From positions 721,331 through 785,330 of the forward strand of contig OY969554.1 in NCBI GenBank assembly GCA_963700985.1: a DNA stretch of 64,000 bases, read 5' to 3'. Below are positions 49,111 through 56,991 of the stretch, in pieces; position 1 is the first letter of the stretch, and each line of letters starts with the position of its first letter. The notes below the pieces were generated by a model. That model was not told where the DNA came from, ran no database searches, and was given only the letters and a program-made list of their open reading frames with translations. The position numbers and the translations under genes were made by a program. Origin of the DNA: an uncultured Chlamydiales bacterium (GTDB taxonomy: Bacteria > Chlamydiota > Chlamydiia > Chlamydiales > Rhabdochlamydiaceae).

Positions 49111-49149
49111 GTGTGCACCCAAGCCACTAATCCGCTCTTTCTTATCCAT
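49111..49149 (-). pseudogene. degenerate duplicate of the 5' end of the ADP-ribosylglycohydrolase gene
   Basis: The reverse complement ATGGATAAGAAAGAGCGGATTAGTGGCTTGGGTGCACAC matches the ARH start ATGGATAAGAGAGAGCGGATTAAAGGC...GCATTGGGTGCACAT (48849-48923) with an internal deletion, and runs into TAG. Confidence 0.6.
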
Positions 49150-49219
49150 AAAAAACCCCTATTTTTTAACCGCTTTGCAGACTATCATAAGGCATTCAAA
49201 AGAGCTTATAAAAAATACT

Positions 49220-50822
49220 ATGACGACTGACCAAGACTCCATCCGCGAAGCCGTAGCTAAACGGCGCACCTTTGCCATCATCAGCCACCCCGATGCTGGT
49301 AAAACCACCTTAACCGAGAAGCTCCTGCTCTATTCAGGCATGATCCATACCGCGGGTATGGTAAAAGGCCGAAAAGGCCGTAAAGCAGCAGCTTCTGATT
49401 GGATGGCCATGGAACAAGAGAGAGGGATTTCGATCACCTCATCCGCCATGCAGTTCACCTACAAAGACACCATCATCAACGTCTTGGACACACCTGGCCA
49501 CGAAGACTTCTCAGAAGACACCTATCGCACCTTAACAGCCGCAGACTGCGCCATCATGGTGATCGATGCTTCAAAAGGCGTGGAAAAGCAGACCCGTAAA
49601 CTCTTTGAAGTATGTCGCCTGCGAAAAATTCCTGTGCTCACCTTCATCAATAAAATGGATATGCCCGGCCGCGAGCCGCTTGAGCTGATGAACGAAGTAG
49701 AAAATGTGCTGCAAATTCACTCGTATGCGATGAATTGGCCAATTGGCAGCAGCAAAGAGTTTCAAGGCGTGGTCGATCGTGCGACAAATGAGGCTATATT
49801 CTTCACTAAAATCTCGCACGGCGGCGCACATAAAGCCGACATCTCGCGCCTGCCCTTAAATAGCGCAGAAGCCAAAGCGCGCATCGGTGAAGAGCAGTAT
49901 AAAACAACTCATGGATGAGTTGGATCTTTTGGAATTGGCGGGCAACCCCTTTGCGCGCGATGAGTTTCTTTCAGGAGATGTGACTCCCGTCTTCTTTGCC
50001 TCGGCGCTCACCAACTTCGGAATTGAGCCTTTTTTCGACGCCTTTATTCACCTGGCCCCCTGCCCTCATTCACGCATGGCAAATCGCCTCGATGGAACAG
50101 AAATCGAGATCGACCCTGTAACTACACCCTTCAGCGGCTATGTATTTAAATTACAAGCCAACATGGATCGCCGTCATCGCGACAGCATGGCCTTCATCCG
50201 CATCTGTTCTGGACGTTTTGAACGTGACCTCGTGGTAAAAAATCAACGCCTGGGCCGAGAAATTCGCCTGTCACGTCCGCATGGAATGGTAGCCGGCGAA
50301 AGAACTACGCTCGATTTTGCCTATCCCGGCGATGTGATTGGCGTGATTAACCCTTCGCTCTTTGCCATCGGCGATACGATTTCAATTACGGGAGGCTTTA
50401 CTTACAAACCCCTTCCCCAATTCCAGCCAGAGATCTTTGCACGCCTTCATCCCAAAGATGTAGGCAAACGAAAATCATTCGATAAAGGCATTTTGCAGCT
50501 CGTGGATGAAGGCGCCATCCAAATGCTAAAATCAGCCGATCGCGATGGGGATTTAATTTTTGCAGCCGTGGGCCAACTGCAGTTCGAAGTGATGCAATAC
50601 CGTTTAAAAGATGAGTATGGCGTCGAGACGGTGCTCACACTCCTCCCCTACCATTGCAGCGCCTGGATTCTTGGAGACATTAAAACTTTTGTGAAATCTA
50701 CCGACTCCAAAGTTGTGCAAGACAGACAAAACCGGCCGATGGTGCTCTTTACCAGCCAGTGGGAAAAACAGTACAGCATCAAGCAGAACCCTAAGTTGGA
50801 ATTTGTCGACGTATTGGTTTAA
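49220..50822 (+). pseudogene. prfC: peptide chain release factor 3, reading frame broken by a 1-nt insertion (or sequencing error)
   Basis: [29 protein letters not shown] and NKMD (GTPase G1-G4) lie in ORF 49175..49918. The remainder (DVTPVFFASALTNFGIEPFF...) lies in ORF 49887..50822, one frame over. Skipping one A of the aaaa run at 49901-49904 gives a continuous ..[16 protein letters not shown].. Confidence 0.8.
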
Positions 50823-50843
50823 GACTGCTTCTAAGGCAAAAAT

Positions 50844-51194
50844 ATGACACTTGAAGATAAAGTCAGAGCATACAAAGAACTCCGCAGAAAAATCGAAGAG
50901 CTTGAAGAGCAGAAAAAACCACTTATCGAAGAGATCCTGCAACTTATGCCTGCCGATGCTAAGACGTTGCAAGTGGCTGGTTATCAGGTAAAACGCATGG
51001 TTCGCATCTCGATTCGAACCTCTCTGGAAACCGCCAAACTATTCGATTCTACCAAAATGGAAGAGGTCGTCGATAAAGAGCGGCTCAAACTGCTCTTTGA
51101 ACAAGGCCATCCCATTCCCGATGTCACTCAAACTCAATTCATCAATGTAACCAAAATCAAAGAAGCTGAGAAAGCTCCTCAAGCAGATTTTTAA
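50844..51194 (+). CDS. hypothetical protein (coiled-coil N-terminus)
   Basis: 116-aa ORF with no motif. Confidence 0.45.
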   Translation: MTLEDKVRAYKELRRKIEELEEQKKPLIEEILQLMPADAKTLQVAGYQVKRMVRISIRTSLETAKLFDSTKMEEVVDKERLKLLFEQGHPIPDVTQTQFINVTKIKEAEKAPQADF

Positions 51195-51214
51195 AGCAGA
51201 ATTAAACAAGAAAG

Positions 51215-51838
51215 CTATTCGCTTTTGCGAAGAGGCACGACAATTGCCTCACCCGTGTCAATAGAGACATCTTGGCCGGATGCGATCTCGATTAGATCAT
51301 CTGCAGGCATGGCATGCGTCACAACGAGGATGTTACCGCTAGTGTATTGTTTAACAATAGAGTTGTAGAACCCTTGGATGCGGCTCATAAGGTGTTCTGC
51401 CGATTCTACACGGTATTTTTTCGTGTAGGAAGGCTGCCAGGTAGGAAACACTGGTTTGCCTTCGAGATCTCCCATTTGGATCTCAATTAGACGTTTATCA
51501 ATCATGATCTTGTCTCTGGAAATAAGCCCTTCTTGCGCCAAGATGTCAGCAGTCTGTTTTGCACGAGGTAGAGGCGAAACAAAAACGGCCACGATATTTT
51601 CAGGATTAAACCCTTGTGAGAGCAGATTTTGCGCCGTCCGCACTACTTGCTGTTTACCTTTGGCAGTTAAGCTAACTAGCATGTAGTTGGGATGATCAGG
51701 ATTGGAGTTATATACTCCCTCTGTATTGTTCACAGCTTCTCCATGACGAACTACAATTAGTTGTTGGATCTGCGCTTCTTGAGAAAATCCCTGAGTTGAT
51801 GCAAATAGACTCAATATGAAAACCCAGAAATAACGCAT
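51215..51838 (-). CDS. histidine phosphatase (phosphoglycerate-mutase-like) family protein, secreted
   Basis: Signal peptide MRYFWVFILSLFAST, LIVVRHGEAVNN (RHG motif) and VVTHAMP. Start at the ATG preceded by GGAGAGG. Confidence 0.75.
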   Translation of the reverse strand: MRYFWVFILSLFASTQGFSQEAQIQQLIVVRHGEAVNNTEGVYNSNPDHPNYMLVSLTAKGKQQVVRTAQNLLSQGFNPENIVAVFVSPLPRAKQTADILAQEGLISRDKIMIDKRLIEIQMGDLEGKPVFPTWQPSYTKKYRVESAEHLMSRIQGFYNSIVKQYTSGNILVVTHAMPADDLIEIASGQDVSIDTGEAIVVPLRKSE

Positions 51839-51949
51839 CGCCCCTCTCCAATACATAAAAGACTATACCTGCTTTGTACTTCTGGGTGGATTTCTTGTCA
51901 CGGCTAACCTAAAGTTTTGTGTTAAATCGCATCTTGATCCAAGGGAAAA

Positions 51950-52225
51950 ATGGCTAAAAAAACAGAATGGAAAGTCTACATTATCCAAGCAGAGTCTGGA
52001 AAACTCTACACTGGGATAACGACTAACTTAGAACGTAGGCTTGGAGACCATAAGAAAGGGCGAAAAGGCGCACGATTTTTTCGCTTTTCTCCCGTGGGAA
52101 GCATCGTCTTTCATGAATCTCATCCCAATCGCTCGGAAGCAACCAAGAGAGAGATTCAGATCAAAAAATTAAGTCGAAAAGAGAAACTCAACTTAATTAA
52201 ATACTTCCCGTCAGCAGTAAAATGA
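51950..52225 (+). CDS. GIY-YIG nuclease family protein (UPF0213-like)
   Basis: WKVYIIQAESGKLYTGITTNLERRLGDHKKG in a 91-aa protein. Confidence 0.8.
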   Translation: MAKKTEWKVYIIQAESGKLYTGITTNLERRLGDHKKGRKGARFFRFSPVGSIVFHESHPNRSEATKREIQIKKLSRKEKLNLIKYFPSAVK

Positions 52226-52324
52226 TGATGATGATCAATACGATATCCAAAAGACCTGATTGACTCAGGTCAAACCTACAAGTAACAATCAATCTTATTC
52301 TTAAAAACGTGTGTAAACGGAGAA

Positions 52325-52813
52325 TTAATGCAGCTTTCTCGTCTTCTTTAAATGCTCATATTCTGCCCAAATCACCAGGATTACAAGCGCATCAAACGCA
52401 TTGAATAGCCAGAGAAAAAGCGAAGGAGAATAGAACATTTGCACGACTTGATAAACGAGCAATGCGAATAAAAACACCAGAGCGTAAGGAAATGCTCTTT
52501 TAATCCTTAAAAATAGACTTCCTGCAATGACAATTTTAATAAAACCATTGCAGACCAAAACCACGATTATGAAGTTCTTGATATCCGTCTCAAATACTTT
52601 TGAGGCTGCATTTGCAAGTTTATGGAAAGTGTGGTTAGAGATGTTGAGAACGTTGTAGTGTGAGATCTTAGATATTAAATTTAGCAGGTGCTCTTTTTTT
52701 AAAAAGATAAAAGCCAATCCACCTGCAAGTTCGAAAAGACCATCGATGCCTTTTATGATCATTGACAAGTTGAAAAGAACTTGAAATAGCTTCTGCTTAG
52801 ACCGATTTTTCAT
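52325..52813 (-). CDS. DUF2127-like integral membrane protein
   Basis: LFNLSMIIKGIDGLFELAGGLAFIFL and four TM helices. Start uncertain (MKNRSKQ chosen). Confidence 0.5.
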   Translation of the reverse strand: MKNRSKQKLFQVLFNLSMIIKGIDGLFELAGGLAFIFLKKEHLLNLISKISHYNVLNISNHTFHKLANAASKVFETDIKNFIIVVLVCNGFIKIVIAGSLFLRIKRAFPYALVFLFALLVYQVVQMFYSPSLFLWLFNAFDALVILVIWAEYEHLKKTRKLH

Positions 52814-52940
52814 TTTGCGCCCTTGCTGCATTCTTCCATATCGCATACTCGTGAACAATGCAACCAAAACACAAAACTATTAACTTGCGAGGAAATTTCT
52901 AAAAGCTAAGGATGAGATTAGGGACACAAGGAGAGATAGC

Positions 52941-53090
52941 ATGATTCGCAAGCTTAGATCAGGAGAATATCGCTTATATTCTCGTAAAATAAATCCAAAA
53001 ACAGGAAAGCGCCGCAATCTAGGTACGTTTAGTACAAGAGCAGGCGCTGAAAAACATGAGCGCGAAGTTCAGTACTTCAAACATCATTAA
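52941..53090 (+). CDS. small conserved basic protein (49 aa)
   Basis: Not in the track (under 60 aa). AAGGAGAG lies 6 nt upstream of the ATG. MIRKLRSGEYRLYSRKINPKTGKRRNLGTFSTRAGAEKHEREVQYFKHH resembles a widely distributed small-protein family as I recall it. Confidence 0.55.
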   Translation: MIRKLRSGEYRLYSRKINPKTGKRRNLGTFSTRAGAEKHEREVQYFKHH

Positions 53091-53095
53091 ATCAC

Positions 53096-53284
53096 TTATT
53101 TGCTCGTGCTCTTTTTAGGCACTTTTGCGCCTTTTTTTCTGGCTTCAGAAAGACCAATTGCAATAGCTTGTTTCCGGCTTTTCACTTTCTTTTTGCTCTT
53201 GCCAGATTTTAAAGTCCCCGCTTTCATTTTGTGCATTGCGGTCTTTACGCTTTTGGATGCTGCTTTTCCGTATTTTTTCGCCAT
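53096..53284 (-). CDS. small Lys-rich protein, DUF6496-like (62 aa)
   Basis: MAKKYGKAASKSVKTAMHKMKAGTLKSGKSKKKVKSRKQAIAIGLSEARKKGAKVP, with the conserved SRKQAIAIGLSEARKKG core. The track N-terminal extension was rejected. Confidence 0.6.
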   Translation of the reverse strand: MAKKYGKAASKSVKTAMHKMKAGTLKSGKSKKKVKSRKQAIAIGLSEARKKGAKVPKKSTSK

Positions 53285-53466
53285 AAAATATCCTGTTAAA
53301 TTTAGATCACACCGCAAATTTTTAAAATGATTAGCAAGCCGATTGGCACTCCAAGCAGCCACAAAATTAACATCTTGCCTATAAACACACCTCTTTGTTG
53401 ATACCGAATTCTGTTTTTTAGATATCAGGTTAGGACATTTATTAGGACGAGATTCTTATAAGAGGG

Positions 53467-54384
53467 CTACTGAAGAATATCATTCAGTTGCGGCAATTTA
53501 TGCAAAGATGAAGGCAATTCTAAGATATGATTTTCCCTGAGATTCAGCAGCGAAAGAAGCGATAAAGATCCGATTTCATCGGGAAGATATGTTAGCTGGT
53601 TTTTATTGAGCTGAAGACATAACAACTGTGTAAGCTCTCCTAAGCGCCTAGAAATACTTGTGAGTCGGTTTTGAGCAAGATGAAGCAATTCTAAACGTTT
53701 TAGCAACCATATCTCTTTAGGAAGATCTGTGAGCATATTAGCTTCGAGATACAGAAACTTTAGTCCTGTTAGAAGCCCAATTTGTGCAGGCAGCTGCCGC
53801 ATACCAACATTCCTCAAAACGAGATCGCGAATTTGTTGCATCGCGCTGCCATTTATTTCCGACCAATTTTTCAAAGCTGCAGCTCGCACACATAAATCTC
53901 CTTCGGTTCTTTCTAAGATGGCTTTTGCAGAAGGTAGCTGTCGAGAAACTCCTCTAAAAAACGCCACAAAATCTGCCGCCTCTGCAAATTTTGATAGCCT
54001 ACAAGGATCGAGCGCATTAGGAATACCAGGTGTCGTACAACCACACTGTTTCAAACGCGCTAAAACAAGTGCATGTACAGCTTTAATCAGAGCTTCAGAA
54101 TAGAGATCTGGAGCGCACTCTCTGAGATAAATTTTCAAAACGGGATCTCGCGTGTATGCATTCACGAGAAGTTGGTAGACTGCATCAGAAGTAATCGATG
54201 TAAGAGTCGCAAAGCCTTTCGATATCTGCGCAGTGATGTGCGGAGCACACAAAAATCCCAGAACCAGATTTGTTGGATCTATGCCAACTCGGCAAAAATT
54301 ACCAGACAAAGTAACAACTGGCTTTTGCTCACATTCAGCACGAAATTTCTTAGATGAATCTGTCGCAGAAAGTCCGCATGCCAT
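53467..54384 (-). CDS. leucine-rich repeat protein (eukaryote-like LRR)
   Basis: At least five consecutive 23-residue LxxLxLxxNxLxxLPxxI repeats in the C-terminal half (LKFLYLEANMLTDLPKEI, LELLHLAQNRLTSISRRL, LLCLQLNKNQLTYLPDEI, LSLLNLRENHILELPSSL). Confidence 0.8.
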   Translation of the reverse strand: MACGLSATDSSKKFRAECEQKPVVTLSGNFCRVGIDPTNLVLGFLCAPHITAQISKGFATLTSITSDAVYQLLVNAYTRDPVLKIYLRECAPDLYSEALIKAVHALVLARLKQCGCTTPGIPNALDPCRLSKFAEAADFVAFFRGVSRQLPSAKAILERTEGDLCVRAAALKNWSEINGSAMQQIRDLVLRNVGMRQLPAQIGLLTGLKFLYLEANMLTDLPKEIWLLKRLELLHLAQNRLTSISRRLGELTQLLCLQLNKNQLTYLPDEIGSLSLLSLLNLRENHILELPSSLHKLPQLNDILQ

Positions 54385-54565
54385 TTTGCAAGTTCCTTAA
54401 TTCAGAATTTTTAAATTGCAGAAACCTTAGCAAGATTGCAGTGCTTACGTCAAATAGATTGCACATGTTGCTGTCTTGCACAACTCACTAATCGTGTGTA
54501 TTTGTGCGCGCAATTTTCTCTGCTTGTTTCGAAATCTGCAAAAAAAATAAAGTTCTGATCTGACT

Positions 54566-55138
54566 GTGACAAGAAGCAAAAACAGGATATCTTCAAAGAT
54601 GACACTTCGATCTACAATTGCTAATCTCGCACCGATGGATGCTCAAGAAAAAGAGCAAATTGAATCTGTGTTAAGATGGATAGATTCTGATCGCGAAATA
54701 TACCGCATATCAAAGCCTGCAACTCCGCCAATCCATTTAGCTGCATACTTTGTGCTGATCGATTCTGAAAAAAAACAAATCCTTTTGGCAAGACATAAAA
54801 AAGCTGCACACCTGTGGCTTCCAACCGGCGGACATGTAGAAAAAGAAGAGTCACCTCTTGAAACTGTAATAAGAGAATGCGAAGAAGAATTGCGCATGCA
54901 CGCAGAATTTCTGCAAGATGATCCTCTGTTCTTAAGCCTCACCAAAACGATCGGAGAAGCCGTTGAGCACACGCACATTTCGCTCTGGTATATTCTTAAA
55001 GCAAACGCTTCTTGTGATATCGACTTTGACAAAGAAGAGCTGCACGCTGTGCACTGGTTTGATTTAGATAAAATCCCCTTCGAACTTTCCTATCCAGACC
55101 TGCAGAAATTTTGCATTAAACTTGGAGCCATCTCTTAG
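54566..55138 (+). CDS. NUDIX hydrolase
   Basis: Nudix box GGHVEKEESPLETVIRECEEEL. Start uncertain (GTG at 54566 or ATG at 54599). Confidence 0.8.
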   Translation: MTRSKNRISSKMTLRSTIANLAPMDAQEKEQIESVLRWIDSDREIYRISKPATPPIHLAAYFVLIDSEKKQILLARHKKAAHLWLPTGGHVEKEESPLETVIRECEEELRMHAEFLQDDPLFLSLTKTIGEAVEHTHISLWYILKANASCDIDFDKEELHAVHWFDLDKIPFELSYPDLQKFCIKLGAIS

Positions 55139-55354
55139 ATTTCTTCACAAATAGCGACCAAAGTCCATATTGAGAAACCTTCCCCTATAACTCAATTTTA
55201 TGCACAAACCTGAGTTATAGAATCATGTTCTATAACTCAAACTAAGAAAGACTTACTCTAACAGTCTGATATTAAGAATGTTAAGAAATAAAACCACCGC
55301 TATCACCACACAAACCATTTACTATCAGTTATTTAAATGATGATTTGGCTTAAA

Positions 55355-55417
55355 TGCGGAGAAAAAACCGATTATTCTCCGCATTTTTGCGGAGAATATG
55401 ATTGTTCCTGCGGAGAT
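55355..55417 (+). promoter_or_regulatory. cluster of TGCGGAGA boxes upstream of the Fic gene
   Basis: tgcggagaa (55355), inverted ttctccgca (55375), tgcggagaa (55388) and tgcggagat (55409), 40-100 nt upstream of the Fic start codon. Confidence 0.35.
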
Positions 55418-55457
55418 AACATGCTAAGATGAGAGAAACAGCTATAAAGCGCTTAAT

Positions 55458-56555
55458 ATGTACATATACGAACGTGAAAACTGGCCGGACTTTTTATGGG
55501 AGCAAGAAAAACTCTCAGATTTGCTTATTCAGCTACGTCATGAGCAGGGACGATTAATCGGTGGAATGGAATCCATCGGCTTCCATGCGCGTGAAGAGAC
55601 CATGTTACAAGTCTTAACACAAGATGTCGTTAAATCGAGCGAAATTGAAGGCGAGATTTTAGATCAAACACAAGTGCGCTCTTCCGTTGCTAGGCATCTA
55701 GGAATGGATATTGCGGCTCTGGATGCCATAGATCGAAATATAGATGGCGTTGTTGAAATGATGCTCGATGCGACGCAAAATTTTGATCAACCGCTCACCA
55801 AAGAGAGGCTATTAAATTGGCGCGCATCCCTATTCCCAACCGGCCGCAGTGGCTTTACAAAGATTAGGACTGGAGCGTGGCGCATAGGTCCCGTCCAGGT
55901 CGTCTCTGGTCAGATGGGCAAGGAGACAGTTCATTTCGAAGCCCCTCCTGCTGAACGAGTCGATCATGAGATGAAGTTGTTTTTAGATTGGCTAAACACA
56001 GAGCGATCTCTTGATCTAGTTTTAAAAGCAGCTATTGCTCATCTCTGGTTCGTTACGATTCACCCCTTTGAAGATGGAAATGGCCGCATAGGACGCGCAA
56101 TCGCAGACCTAATCCTAGCGCGTTCGGAAAATAGTTCACACCGTTTCTACAGCCTATCTGCGCAAATTCAAAAAGAGAGAAAACAATACTACGCCATTTT
56201 AGAGAAAACCCAAAAGGGAGCTTTAGACATTACACCCTGGATAGAGTGGTTTTTCTGTTGTCTTAGACACGCAATCGAAGATGCATTGTCTACTCTTGAC
56301 GCTATTCTACATAAGGCGCAGTTTTGGGAATCACTGGCAGAAGTTCCACTAAATGAAAGACAGCGAAAAGTTATCAATCGTTTGCTTGATGGCTTTGAGG
56401 GTAAATTAACCACATCCAAATGGGCCAAGATCACAAAGTGCTCTCAAGACACTGCCTATCGAGATATCCTCGACCTCACCAGCCTAGGAATACTCAAGAA
56501 AAATCCAGAAGGCGGCCGCAATACAAGCTATTCCCTTGTTATGAAAGAGATTTAG
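55458..56555 (+). CDS. Fic family protein (DUF4172 N-terminus, Fic core, C-terminal winged helix)
   Basis: Fic motif HPFEDGNGRIGR. Upstream inhibitory-helix motif SSEIEG fits (S/T)xxxE(G/N). N-terminal WPDFLWEQEKL..GRLIG. Confidence 0.9.
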   Translation: MYIYERENWPDFLWEQEKLSDLLIQLRHEQGRLIGGMESIGFHAREETMLQVLTQDVVKSSEIEGEILDQTQVRSSVARHLGMDIAALDAIDRNIDGVVEMMLDATQNFDQPLTKERLLNWRASLFPTGRSGFTKIRTGAWRIGPVQVVSGQMGKETVHFEAPPAERVDHEMKLFLDWLNTERSLDLVLKAAIAHLWFVTIHPFEDGNGRIGRAIADLILARSENSSHRFYSLSAQIQKERKQYYAILEKTQKGALDITPWIEWFFCCLRHAIEDALSTLDAILHKAQFWESLAEVPLNERQRKVINRLLDGFEGKLTTSKWAKITKCSQDTAYRDILDLTSLGILKKNPEGGRNTSYSLVMKEI

Positions 56556-56740
56556 CGCCCTCTTAGCTTTTTCGAAAAAAAAATCTCGCGGTTGCCATAG
56601 AATGCAGGCACGTCGAAGATATTGTGCCAATAAAAATAGGGCATATTTATTCCGAACTTAGATTCGACCTTTCCAGTTGAGAGAAAGCGACCTAAGTATG
56701 TAGTACTACCATCAAAATCGACGTATAATCCAAGCCTGGA

Positions 56741-56806
56741 AATGAAAAAGACACTCAAGGATTAATCTTGAGTGCCTCAAAAAGAAAGGTCTCCAGATAC
56801 TGGGTA
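56741..56806. repeat. direct-repeat copy of the tRNA-Asn 3' end plus its terminator hairpin (att-like)
   Basis: aaatgaaaaagacactcaaggattaatcttgagtgcctcaaaaagaaaggtctccagatactgggta aligns with 58558-58617 (aaatgaaaaaggcactcaagaattatcttgagtgccttaaatagaagtctccgggtgta). Confidence 0.6.
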
Positions 56807-56991
56807 CACTTAGGACTTTTGACTGGCTCAACCTCTCTCAAGAATTTTCAAGCCTATCGCTAATCATACCTATAACCAAGTCATAATTTTTGAACTTTTT
56901 TTGACATAACGGTATACTAGTATTGTCGATAATCCGTTTGAAATTATCCGTTTTGCACTGAAAAGCAATTACTTTAAAGAAGATTGAAAAA

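Noticed and set aside
49887-49918. Programmed +1 frameshift in prfC by analogy with prfB
   Set aside because: There is no in-frame stop at the shift site, no CUU-UGA-type slippery context and no upstream SD-like stimulator. A homopolymer indel is the simpler explanation.
52223-52234. Four consecutive in-frame TGA codons (tgatgatgatga) ending the GIY-YIG gene
   Set aside because: It is a simple (TGA)4 microsatellite at a gene end. It is curious but has no demonstrable function.
56552-56758. Track ORF 56552..56758 (-) as a gene
   Set aside because: The 68-aa ORF starts inside the repeat and orphan terminator, overlaps the Fic stop, and has no RBS or motif. It may be a remnant of a disrupted gene, but this cannot be supported.
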